DNA from: Eledone cirrhosa
Lineage: Eukaryota
Length of the DNA: 64,000 bases
Assembly: GCA_964016885.1 (NCBI GenBank)
Contig: OZ024759.1
Span: 3,348,001 to 3,412,000, forward strand
Reading direction: 5' to 3'
This document shows, in pieces, positions 25,915-36,975 of this stretch. How positions within the stretch are numbered: the stretch's first letter is position 1; every line of letters starts with the position of its first letter. The notes beneath the pieces were generated by a model, which saw only the letters and a program-made list of their open reading frames with translations, did not search any database and had not been told where the DNA came from. Made by a program: the position numbers and the translations under genes.

Positions 25915-26345
25915 CTATCTGACTAGAATGCTCCCCTGATCAGATGATTGTCGGGTTTTTTAAAGTTTGGGTTGCATATCGACATGTCATTGGTGTTGCA
26001 GAATTCTAGAAGCCTGAAGCCATCTTCATTTCTTGTGCCAACCCCGGAGCCTCCATGGACTCTATAGAAGCCATCATGGTGTTTCCCAATGTGTTCGTTA
26101 AAGTCTCCTGAGATTACCTTATCTACCCATTTGTCAGCTAATAATATTCGTACACCAACCCTCCCATTGTCATTTCCCACCCAGAAAAATTTGTAGCACT
26201 GATTTTTGCCTACAAAAACTAGCAGACTCTCCTCTCCATCTAGTTTCTTGCACACGGCATACGTCAATTTCCTTTCGCTCTAGCATCTCTACGATTTCTC
26301 CTGCTCTTCCTTTCATTGTGCTTACATTGATGGTTCCAACTCAGA
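25915..26345 (-). mobile_element. RTE LINE AP-endonuclease fragment, internally deleted
   Basis: GTINVSTMKGRAGEIVEMLER...QETRWRG...GVRILLADKW...GDFNEHIG...RLLEFCNTNDMSICNPNFKKPDNHLI. Confidence 0.88.
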
Positions 26346-27243
26346 GTTTTGGGCATTTGCCATCATTCGTGGAAAATGGTGAATTTTTGGGTATATGCTT
26401 CCTGTCTCTGAATTAAAGCTTCGCATGGGTGCTTAGTAACTCGTGGATTCATATTCATTTATTAATTCGGGGTCGCTCCATTAATGCTCAGCTCATCCAT
26501 ACATAATGGTAAAAGAATTCAGGGCTAGGTCAGTAGTAGCAATAATGGCAGAGTTTGTTGGGGCTGGTAAGGGCTAGAAGAACAGGTGTTTATTTACTTG
26601 TCACTAGCTGGTTGTTTGTTCTATCTGTGTGTGTCTGATTTGTTTTGTTAGTTTGGTTTTTGTGTGTCTGTATGTCTTCATTTTGTCCTTAATTACTAGT
26701 TGTGATGTTGCCATTCCACCCATGTTTTCTGTTTAATTTTGGTTGGAGTTTCTTTATGTTTGTTTCCTCTGTGATTTGTCTGAGCATTGCATCTTTTCTG
26801 TGTGTGGATATAATTTTTATCTCTATGTTCTCTAATGTGCCCCTGGTTGTTATTGTTGGCTGTGAACTCTCACTAACCCTTGGTTGTTGTTGTAGGCTGT
26901 GACGTGAACTCTAACCTTTGGTTGTTGTTCAGCAGACATCAGTCTATTCTATATTACACATGCTGTCAAAAGATTGTTTTACTTCACTCAGTAACTTTGA
27001 ATTTAAATATTTTTGCTCAAAACATGAAATGTTTTGCTCAGTGGTTGGGAAAAATTAGAAAGAATGGTGTGGTTTGAGGGCTGCTATTTCTAGCAGGTCA
27101 AGATCCATCATAAGCGGGTCAAAGCCTGTAGTTTTTTTGTTTTTTTTTATTAATAAATTTTGGTATTATTAAAAGTGACAGAAAAAAGATTTTGTTGAAT
27201 ATTTTGGTTGATTGGCTTGTTTTTTTTTAGATATTTTTTACAA

Positions 27244-27336
27244 AAATCCTTTACACTCCTCCATACATTATATCCTTTACACTCCTCCATACATTAAATC
27301 CTTTACACTCCTCCATACATTAAATCCTTTACACTC
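27244..27336. repeat. 26-bp tandem repeat (~3.5 copies)
   Basis: aaatcctttacactcctccatacatt repeated. Confidence 0.9.
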
Positions 27337-27357
27337 AATCATTATTTTGTTCATTGA

Positions 27358-27530
27358 GGGCGGTGGATTGGCAGTATCGGTAGAGCGTCGGATGCCATGC
27401 TTTCCAGCATAGTTACGTCCCTTTACGATCCCTTTACGAGGTTGACTTTGCCTTTCATCCTTACGGGGTCGATAAAATAAAGTACCAGTAATGCACTGGG
27501 TAATTGCTGGCCTTGTGCCTAAAGTAGAAA
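27358..27530 (+). mobile_element. tRNA-derived SINE with Deu/Nin-like central domain
   Basis: Head ggcggtggattggcagtatcggtagagcg; core gactttgcctttcatccttacggggtcgataaaataaagtaccag. Relatives at about 29240-29480 (+) and 40240-40405 (-). Confidence 0.75.
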
Positions 27531-28039
27531 CAATTATTTTGTTCATTTGGATATTTTCTTGTCTTTCAACTTTTCCATTTTTCTTCAGCCATGTTTAATG
27601 AGTATTTGTTTAAAATAGGTTCATTGAATCCCTGAATATTGACATCTAGCTGTAAACCATTGCCCCCAAAAGCATTCAGGAAAGTCAATTCAATGCCTTA
27701 AATAGTGAAAAGAGAATATAGAAGGGTACACATGCAGGAATACACACTCAGATGTTTAAAGGGGGTTGGAGTTAATCATGATGGAGGATACAATAGACAA
27801 ACATAGAAATAGAAGATATTGTCAAAGCTTCTCTCTTATGAAACTTCATCTATGCACATCAAGTATAATGAACATATGGATGTTAAAAGAAATTATTGTT
27901 TGCCAAATGAAGCAGAAGATATCGGGATCCATGGTAAAAATATACAAAAATTCTGAACTGTTGATGAGGCAAAGAAGTGTTATCAATATCTGAGTTCATC
28001 AAACTACTCAATGAAACAAACTTGTTTCAAGAACTTTAA

Positions 28040-28235
28040 CCCTTTAATGTTCAAACCGGCCAGAGTTCTTTACCTTTTTCTGTTGAAACTGGCTGTAACT
28101 GGTCACTCAAACTGATGTTAAGGTATTGTTCTCAAAATAAATACTTTCAAAATCTCATAGATTCGATATTATGTGAGATAAAGCATTTACCATGAAAATA
28201 TAATAGTATATAAGAGTAATGTGAAAGCTAAAGGG
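28040..28235. mobile_element. piggyBac-type MITE (TTAA target duplication, CCCTTTA termini)
   Basis: ttaa|cccttta (TTAA at 28036-28039) ... taaaggg|ttaa (TTAA at 28236-28239). Confidence 0.7.
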
Positions 28236-28420
28236 TTAATGAAGTTGATGGAGGATCTCCTGGAATGAAATGTGTGTACATACAAACAACCACACACAAG
28301 CATGTACACACACACATACATAAAATACACAAACACACTGAGATTATCTTATAATATTTTAGACTTGCATTCACACTTTTTACAATATAAAATTATTCTA
28401 TTTGAATTTTTGTTCATGTT

Positions 28421-28535
28421 TCACTAATAGAAGTTTGGTGAGGAGAGCATGTTGAAACATAGAATACTAGAGAGGGTCACTAATAGAAGTTTGGTGAGGA
28501 GAGCATGTTGAAACATAGAATACTAGAGAGGGTCA
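28421..28535. repeat. Perfect 56-bp tandem duplication spanning the fasciclin stop codon
   Basis: tcactaatagaagtttggtgaggagagcatgttgaaacatagaatactagagaggg starts at 28421 and again at 28477. Confidence 0.92.
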
Positions 28536-28670
28536 TTAATGGAGCAGATGGCTGAAGAGGGTCATTATTTGTCCAGAGAACTCGATCAATGATGTGAACA
28601 ACACCATTTGTAGCTGCTAGGTCAGAGTGTAATATTTTGGCAACTCTTCCGCCAAATCCGACTGTTAGAG
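28480..28670 (-). CDS. Fasciclin (FAS1-domain) gene, terminal coding exon
   Basis: Acceptor ttttatctttccag|CT, phase 1, matching the previous exon. Encodes LTVGFGGRVAKILHSDLAATNGVVHIIDRVLW (FAS1 H2 motif DxxxxNGVVHxIDxVL), then NNDPLQPSAPLMTLSSILCFNMLSSPNFY and TAG at 28482-28480. Confidence 0.92.
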
Positions 28671-28844
28671 CTGGAAAGATAAAACAATCAATCAATATAT
28701 TTATATATAAAGTTTATAGAAAATATAGGATGTTGAAGCAGAGAAAATAACCTTAGGCACAACTAGTTGTTATAAAATAGCTTATAGAATAGGGTAAAGA
28801 CCGCTAGTCATGGAAAAGTAAGGTTCCAGTAGTCGCTACAAGCA

Positions 28845-29090
28845 TCAAACTTCGTATCTTTCAGATATCAGCCTTCTTCTACTGCAGTTTTCTTCCACTG
28901 GCAATTCCTGGTCATTCTTCACCCAACAACATCCATATGCATCATATCTCTGTATCAGTAGTCTTCTCCTTTGTACACTACATTTGATTCCTCTTATACC
29001 CAGTTTTTCTCTCAGTCTATTGATACTTGCTTCATTCCTTTCTAGGCTCCACACAGCCTCTACATTTACTGCCATCTTTCACTAACATGC
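28845..29090 (-). mobile_element. Degenerate RTE LINE 3' ORF fragment
   Basis: LERNEASINRLREKLGIRGIKCSVQRRRL, homologous to the ORF end at 30399-30560. Confidence 0.8.
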
Positions 29091-29239
29091 ATATACAAAT
29101 TTCATTTGTATTTGTTTTGCAAGATGTTTTAAAATCATATATTGAAACACATATTGTTATAATCTGGGAGAGTCATGTTGCCACTAAAAACATGTGCACC
29201 TTTGTTTCAGTTTGGTTTTATTATTAGTTTGGTAACAAG

Positions 29240-29480
29240 GGCAGTGGTTTGGTAGAGCATCGGACAACATGCTTTATGGCATAAAGTTACAGGGACAACA
29301 TGCTTTATGGCATAAAGTTACGGCTCTTTCTGATTTGAGTTCAAATCCTGCCAAGGTTAGCTTCGCCTTTCATCCTTATAGGGTCAATAAAATAAAGTAG
29401 AAGTAATGCACTAAGATTGATTTAATTAACTTTCCCCTCTCCCAAAATTTTTGACCTTATGTCTAAATCAAAAAGTATTA
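29240..29480 (+). mobile_element. Deu/Nin-like SINE copy with an internal ~31-bp duplication
   Basis: B box gagttcaaatc; core gcctttcatccttatagggtcaataaaataaagta; ggacaacatgctttatggcataaagttac duplicated. Confidence 0.7.
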
Positions 29481-29967
29481 TTAGTTGGGTAACAAATCCT
29501 TGATTAGTTTAATAACCAGTTTTAATTATCAAAGCTCTTTCACATTATGTGACTATGACTTTAATGAATTAAATGAAAGAGGAGACAGAGAAGAGAGAAA
29601 GTGAAGGTCCTAGTGTGACGAAAGAGCTTTAACAAATGACAAGTGGATTTGGTACCTAACTAATGTTTTCTTTATTGTTACTTAACTAATATTAAAACTC
29701 TATAGTGCATGTGTTCTTATTGGTAACATGACCCTATCAAAATATAACACTGTGTGCTGTGTGTGTAAATATGAGAATTTATAACAAAGTGGAAAAAAAG
29801 GTACATAGAAGGCAGAAAATATAAACATAAGCAATGGGTATAATGTCTATAATGAAAATATTATTTTGTTTTGCAAGGTTTTCGATATGAAATTGTGTGT
29901 TAAAACAGAAATTATATTACCAGAAATAGTAAAACACACTCAGTTTAGTTTGGTTTTCGCTTCAGTA

Positions 29968-31100
29968 CATCATCGCCATCATCATCACCGTTTTACGTCC
30001 GTTCTTTCATGCTAGCATGGGTTAGACGGGTTGTCCTGTTGTGGGCAGTGTCCGGTGCTTTTTTTCCGTGGCGCCTACACATCCACTTTACAGTGTGGGC
30101 TGAGTGCTTTTTTTTTTGTGACACCTCCACGACCACTTTGCAGTGGGAGGGTGTGGGGGCATATTGTCTATATGCTTCAGCTTTGGCTTGTACCCGTGGG
30201 GTGTCGGGTCTTCTGTATTACTGTGTGATGCCAGAGGTCATGGTCATGTGTCATCGCCTTTGAGAGGTGTAATTGGGTAAGGTCGGCTTTTATCACCTCA
30301 TCCCAGGTCTTCTTGGGTCTCCCCACTCCGCGGTTTCCATCGACTTCTAGTGCTCTGCACCTTTTTATGCAGCTGTCATCCTTCATACGCATCACATGTC
30401 AATACCAACGCAACCGCCTCTCCTGCACACAACATTTGATTCCTCTTATGCTCAGTCTCTCTCTCAATTCGTTTATGCTTTGCCATTCGCGTATATTACT
30501 ATTACACATCCATCGGAGCATGCAGGCTTCGTTTCTTTCTAATCTACGCAAGTCTTCCACAGACAGCGCCCAGGTCTCACTACCATGTAACATTGCTGTT
30601 CGTATACACGCATCATACAGTCTGTCTTTCATTTTGAGGGAAAAGCCTTGTGCAGCTAGCAGTAGCTCTCTGAACTTCTTCCATCCCGTTCTTACCCTAG
30701 TTATTGTACTTTCAGAACACCCACCTCCGCTGCTAATTCGGTCACCTAGGTAGCAGAAGCTGTCTACTGTTTCTACAGAGCCCTCCCAGAGTTTGGTGGT
30801 GCTTGTTTCCTGTGGCTGTTTGCTGCTTGCTGTCCCAGCACAGCTGCTACATGTGAAGCCTACATTCTTAGTTAAGCTTCCGGAGATCCCGCTACATCTC
30901 TTGTGTACCCATTGTTTGCATTTGGGGCAGAGAATGGAGTTCCTACCTACACCTTTCCTACATACTGAGCAAGGCAATTTCCCTGAGGGGATCTGGATTC
31001 TGTTTTCTCGTCTACTTACAAGGACCTTAGTCTTTGTTAGGTTGACTTTGAGACCCTTTCTTTCTAGTCCCTGCTTCCAAGTTTGGAATTTCTTCTCTAC
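29968..31100 (-). mobile_element. 5'-truncated RTE LINE: RT C-terminus with PHD-like Cys/His finger, 3' UTR and (GAT)n tail
   Basis: GLKVNLTKTKV...PCSVCRKGVGRNSILCPKCKQWVHKRCSGI...VDSFCYLGD...LYDACIRTAMLHGSETW...RRLRWY...GRPKKTW. The UTR ends ...gtctaacccatgctagcatgaaagaacggacgtaaaacggtgatgatgatg. Confidence 0.92.
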
Positions 31101-31114
31101 ATATTTTTTTAATT

Positions 31115-31335
31115 ATAATTTAATGTCCATTTTTCCACATTGGCACGGGTTAGACGAGTTATCCTGTTGTGAGAAATGTTAGGTCAGAACCAATTTTGGC
31201 TTGGTTTTTACAGCTGGATGCAACACATTTACAGTGTGGACTGGGTGCTTTTTGCACCTACATGACTACTTTACAGTGTGGACTGGATGTATGTATGGTA
31301 GTGGGTGGGGTGGTGCATATTATATATATGCTTCA
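31115..31335 (-). mobile_element. RTE 3' UTR fragment
   Basis: tttaatgtccattttt...gggttagacg...ggcttggtttttacagctggatgc...tttacagtgtggactgggtgc, homologous to the UTRs at 29970-30180 and 31690-32090. Confidence 0.75.
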
Positions 31336-31533
31336 TCTTTTGATTGACCAATCAATAAAAAATATATATATATTGAAGCAAAAACCAAACCAAAAAGTGT
31401 GTTTAACGATTTTTGGCAATATTCGGACATGGCGCTCACCAAAATATATGAAAATATTTTTGACAAATGAAAAGAAAAAGATGTGGCATTTGAAGGAGAG
31501 AGGCTAAAGAAATGTCTAAGGGCTGCTACTTAC

Positions 31534-31651
31534 AGCGTCCACTTTTCTGGAACAGTATTGGTTCTCCAACAGATGAGACAATATTTTGGGTGCCATCAGA
31601 CATAGATTCCATAATGATACACTGATTTTGAAATATCATTCTCTTTAAGAC
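31534..31651 (-). CDS. Fasciclin gene, internal exon (118 bp, phase 0 to 1); absent from the ORF track
   Basis: tctctctaaacag|GTC TTA AAG ... GGA CGC T|gtaagt. Encodes VLKRMIFQNQCIIMESMSDGTQNIVSSVGEPILFQKSGR. Both phases match the neighbouring exons, and it supplies the missing middle of the FAS1 domain. Confidence 0.88.
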
Positions 31652-31691
31652 CTGTTTAGAGAGAGAGATAGAAAGATAGATAGATATATAT

Positions 31692-32372
31692 ATCATCATC
31701 ACCATTTAATGTACATTTTTTCATGCTAGCATGGCTTAGACAAGTTGTCCCAATGTGAGATAAGCCAGGTCAGATGACCATGTCTGGCTCATACAGAACT
31801 GATTTTGGCTTGGTTTCTACAACTGGATGCCCTTCCTAACACCAACCACTTTACAATGTGGGCTGGGTGCTTTTTGTCATAACACCTACCTGACCACTTC
31901 ACAGTGAGTACTGGGTGCTTTTTGTTGTGAAATCTATACAACCACATTACAGTGTGGACTGGAGACTTTGGTGGGAGGTGTGTGAGATCAGGGAGGTGGG
32001 TGTATGGGCATATGTGAGGGGCAGAGTGTTTGGATGTAGAAGTGTATGTATGGAAGGGAGGTGACAATGGTGCATACTGTATGTATGCTTCAGCCTGTGC
32101 TCATGGGGAGGCAGCTCTTCTGTATTATTGCATAATGCCAGAGATCTTGGTCCTGTGTCATCGCCTTTGAGAGGTGCAGGGCAGCTTTTATCACCTCATC
32201 CCAAGTCTTCCTGAGTCTCCCCACACAATGGCTTCTATTAACTTTGAGTGCTCTGCACTTTTTTATACAGCTGTCATCTTTCATACACATCACATGTCCA
32301 CACCAACGCAGTCTCCTCTCTTTCACACAGCATTTAATTCCTTTTATGTCTAGTTTCTCTCTCAGTTCATTT
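31692..32372 (-). mobile_element. RTE LINE 3' end (ORF end plus 3' UTR with tandem subunits)
   Basis: ERRLRWCGHVMCMKDDSCIKKC...GRLRKTWDEVIK. The UTR contains ctggatgcccttcctaacaccaaccac followed by three ccac...acagtg..(g/t)actgg-type subunits. Confidence 0.88.
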
Positions 32373-32772
32373 ATATATATATATATATATATAGGTTATT
32401 TAAGTGAGTAATTTGCTGTTACTTGCAGCACACTGCTCGAGTCTAGATCACACATGTAACCTCACCTATCAGAGAGGATGCCAAAGAAGAGTCAGGCTTC
32501 AATAACCTTCATCACACCTCAGCTTATTGATATTGAAACAATTGGAATATGTAAATAAATCTTCTACACACGCTGCAAATCTGACTTCAGTTATTGTCAC
32601 TATATATATATATATAGCTGGTGCTTAGCCATCGGGGTCCTGACTCTTTTCCTATATATATAGTAATAATAATAAATTTGAAGACTAAAATCCAAAGAGG
32701 GCTCAATAAGGATAAATATATATCAAATATATAAGAACCATAGAGCAAATATTTATTAAAATAACAAATTAA

Positions 32773-32823
32773 AGTTTAAGCAAAGAATCGCTGCTTTCAC
32801 CCTTAACGGGATCTTCTGAAACT
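32773..32823 (-). ncRNA. Hammerhead-ribozyme-like motif in the inverted pLTR (CAGAAGA core)
   Basis: Reverse complement: AGTTT CAGAAGA TCCC GTTAA GGGT GAAA GCA gcgattctt TGC T T AAACT; stems I, II and III all form. Confidence 0.6.
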
Positions 32824-33499
32824 AAAAAAAAATCAATCTGTGAACGCAGAAGTAAATATTTCCAAAAAACGTTGCAACCGAAAGAAGACAGGAAGACGAT
32901 ACTTTGGTTCATGGAAACGTTCCCTGGCAAAGAACAGAAAAAAACGAAGATAATACGTCATTATTTGGAGCGGTGAGAAAAATTACACGCAAAGACAAAA
33001 CCATGTTTATGGTATAAATGAAGTCGTAGACTAATATTCTATTAGGTGGTTCGTGGAGACGTTCTCTGGCAATGAACGGAAAAAATGAAGATAATACGTC
33101 ATTATGTGGAGCGGTGAGAACAATTGCACGCAAAGAAAAACCACGTAAATGGTATAACTGAAGTCATAGACTAAAATTCTATTTAGGAAACCGAATGATT
33201 CTCGGCTTCAGAGTTAAGAATAATGTAAATAAATTACAGAGGTAATTGAAATCAACAAAAATTAAATATATACATGCACGCATCCAAATACGTACACAGA
33301 CATGCATATGCGAAAACACCCGCCATGAATATGCAAATACAAGCACATATACAAAAAAAAAACACGCACGCACATAAAGAACCCCCGCAACGCCTGTACC
33401 CACACACATACGAACGTAAACACCAAATACACATATATATTTTTATATGCGTGTGTGTGTGTGTATAGATATAAATAATATAAATTCATTCTATTAAGG

Positions 33500-35250
33500 A
33501 TTCTAATGCCGTGCACGTCCACTCCGACAAAACTGGCAATCTATATCAAGTGGAGCACAGTACTTACCATCAACTGTTACATAATGCTGTAACTAAGGAT
33601 TACCGTAAAACTAATCGGAGCGTCATTAATGACATCAACGATGCTGGGTTTAAAATCACCTCTGATCTCAACATCTTGGACCGGACTGAACCTCTGGACC
33701 CTATTTCTCCCCACTTGACCCTGAAGGATCACAAATCTAATTTCCAGAACAAGCCCTCTATTCGGCTTATTAACCCTACAAAGTCCGATTTAGGTAGACT
33801 TAGTAAAGGGATTTTAGATAGAATTATACCTGAAATTAGAAGCTTGGCCCCTCTTGCACTGTGGAACAATTCTTTCACAGTGATTGGTTCAACAATATAT
33901 GCAACAAGGAACATTACCGTTTTATGCAATTCAACATCAATAATTACTACTCCTCCATCACTTTACCACTTCTTCTTAGAGCTATCAATTTTGCTAAAAC
34001 ACTCACAGTGGTTAAGGATTTCGAAGTTGATGTCATCCTCAATGCCCGTAAGTCGGTGATTAATTTCGACGACCCTATTTGGACGTGAGTATGGGCGCCA
34101 GCGATTCTGCGGAGGTTACTGATCTTATCGGCCTTTTCCGTCTTTTCTCTATCAAGGAAGAATTCCCCAACATGGGCGGTGGTTTGTAGCGTGATGACGG
34201 TCTTTTGGCCATAACAAAGTGCGGCCCACGCGCTTGCGACAGGTTCAGAAAAGAACTCACAGCCTTCTTTAAGGGCTTCAACCTCTCCATACAGGTTGAG
34301 GCCAACCTCTCGGTCGTTAATTACCTTGACGTTACCCTCAATTTGTCGAATGGCTTGCACTACCCGTATAGAAAGCCGAATGATATGCATAATTACATAA
34401 GTAAGCATTCTAACCATCCTGCCAGCATAACCAAGAACCTGGTAAGAAACGTTTCTTTGAGGCTTTCCCGTCTATCTACTAACGAGCATATTTTCAATGA
34501 CCATTGCACATATTACAATGAAGCTCTTGCTCGGAGTGGATTTGTCGATAAGGTAGCATATACAGAGTATGAGAATAGACCTACGAAAAATAGATCCCAT
34601 TATATGGTATAACCCACCATATAATATGGAGGTGGCCACACCATTAGCTAAGATCTTTCTCTCCCTTATTATGAAGCATTTACCCCTACCACATACATAT
34701 AGTAACATTTTTAATAGAAATACCATTAAAATTTCTTACTCTACAACTCCTAACCTTGCACATAACATCACAGCTTCAAATTTAGCTAAATTACCTAGCC
34801 GTAGGAACACGTGCAACCCTGTAGCTAGTACTAACTGTAATTGTAGGAATCAGGTTGACTGCCCCCTATCCGGGAAATGCCTCTCTGGTAACATTGTCTA
34901 CAAATGTAAGGTTGAAACACCCACGTCCCGTAGGGCCTACATAGGGTTAACCGCCAATAGATTCAAGCAGCGTCTTTACATGCATACCCATTCTTTTCTT
35001 AACCCTTTAAGAAGGAATATGACGTCACTTTCAGCTTATGTCTAAAAGACAACCACACCCAATATAAGTTACACTGGGAGATCCTAGCTAAAGCTAGATC
35101 GTATAACGGAAATAAAATCCATGTGACCTCTGCGCAGCTGAAGCCCTGGGAATACTCTATGCCAATGACCACATCTTAAACAAAAAATCTGAGGCAATTT
35201 CGGCTTGTAAACATAAATTGCACAAAACTTTCTTGTATTACAGCCCGTAC
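33500..35250 (+). pseudogene. Degenerate Penelope-like RT + GIY-YIG endonuclease ORF
   Basis: SDKTGNLY...HLTLKDHK...RLINPTKSDLG...DVSMGASDSAEVTDLIGLF...GL*RDDGL (catalytic YRDD with TAG in place of Tyr)...NYLDVTLNL...WYNPPY...CNCRNQVDCPLSGKCL..IVYKC...YIGLT..FKQR...CDLCAAE...LNKKSE..CKH. Several frameshifts. Confidence 0.92.
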
Positions 35251-36288
35251 GAACTATGCGCGGATATTTTACGTCTTGATGTGGTAGCTAAGTATATGTT
35301 ATGTTTATACCATTACTTATTTTTATAGGTAAGTGTATATTGCCTGTATGTTTTGTGAAGGTACGTATAATTTCTCGTACGTATATTTGCTTATGTATGT
35401 TATAGGCGTATATATTATATTATATATACTGGTACATGTACATATGGTTATGTGTATACGTGAGTTTTGCGGCTGTGTGAGTATGCGGGTTCGTACGTAT
35501 GTAGGGTGTGTATATGTGTACTTTGTGTTTTGGTTGACGTACGTTTAACGAACATGTGTATTTACATGTAGGTATGTGTGTGCACGCGTTATATACGTAT
35601 TTACGTGTGTATATTTATATACGTTTATATAATTATATGTATACACGCACACACACACATATATATATATATTTTTTATATATATTTTTATGTGTATTTG
35701 GTGTATACGTTCGTATGTGTGCGGGTACAGGTGTTGTGTGGGTTCTGTATGTGCATGGGGTTTTTTTTTTTGTGTACCTGCTTGTATTTGCATACCCATG
35801 GCGGGTGTTTTTGCATATGCATGTGTATGTACGTATTTGGATGCGTGCATGTATATATTTAATTTTTGTTGATTCCTCTAATTTATTTACATTATTCTTA
35901 ACTCTGAAACCGAGAATCATTCGGTTTCCTAAATAAAATTTTAGTCTACGACTTCAGTTATACCATTTACGTGGTTTTTTCTTTGCGTGCAATTGTTCTC
36001 AGTGCTCCTCATAATGACGTATTATCTTCGTTTTTTCCGTTCATTGCCAGAGAACGTCTCCACGAACCACCTAATAGAATATTAGTCTACGACTTCATTT
36101 ATACCATAAACATGGTTTTGTCTGTGCATGTAATTTTTCTCACCACTCCAAATAATGACGTATTATCTTCGTTTTTTCTGTTCTTTGCCAGGGAACGTTT
36201 CCATGAACCAAAGTATCGTCTTCCTGTCTTCTTTCAGTTGCAACGTTTTTCGAAATATTTACTTCTGCGTTCACAGATTGATTTTTTT

Positions 36289-36339
36289 AGTTTCAGAAGA
36301 TCCTGTTAGGGGTGAAAGCAGCGATTCTTTGCTTAAACT
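36289..36339 (+). ncRNA. Hammerhead-ribozyme-like motif in the 3' pLTR (CAGAAGA core)
   Basis: AGTTT CAGAAGA tcctgttaggggt GAAA GCA gcgattctt TGC T T AAACT; AATAAA follows at 36355-36360. Confidence 0.6.
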
Positions 36340-36355
36340 TTAATCTGTTATTTTA

Positions 36356-36404
<49 letters not shown>

Positions 36405-36463
36405 AGTTGAAATAAAATGAAAACGAAATTTCATTTCTCACTCTTAGTACGGCACTTACTTAA

Positions 36464-36518
36464 ATGTAAGTATGTGTGTATACGTACATACATATATGTA
36501 TACAGACGTACAGTAGCA

Positions 36519-36560
<42 letters not shown>

Positions 36561-36807
36561 TATACATGCACGTATCAGTTTAGCGGACGCTTATTATAAC
36601 GCCGCTTTGTTCATTTGTAAACAAACTGAACAGCCTGAATTTTATCCCGTATGGTGTTAAGGCAACCACGTCACCTTTTTGTTCAACACTGCCTTAACAC
36701 CATACGGCATAAAATTCAGGCTGTTCAGTTTGTTTACAAATGAACAAAGCGGCGTTATAATAAGCGTCCGCTAAACTGATACGTGCATATATGTATGTGT
36801 ACCTGTA

Positions 36808-36851
<44 letters not shown>

Positions 36852-36906
36852 TGCTACTGTACGTCGGTATACATATATGTATGTACGTATACACACATAC
36901 TTACAT
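36464..36906. repeat. Long near-perfect inverted repeat (~200-bp arms, 25-bp spacer); foldback/MITE-like
   Basis: 36464-36664 is the reverse complement of 36690-36906, e.g. tgcacgtatcagtttagcggacgcttattataacgccgctttgttc versus gaacaaagcggcgttataataagcgtccgctaaactgatacgtgca. Confidence 0.93.
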
Positions 36907-36975
36907 ATATATATATATATTTATATATATAATAGTATAACACTAGTTATATCCGTAGTAGTAGAACACTCAGTC

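Noticed and set aside
33500-35250. Selenocysteine read-through as reported for some Naiad elements; intact active element
   Set aside because: Conserved Cys positions use TGT/TGC. The TGA at 34086 comes from a deletion/frameshift, and the catalytic Tyr codon is mutated to TAG, so this is ordinary decay.
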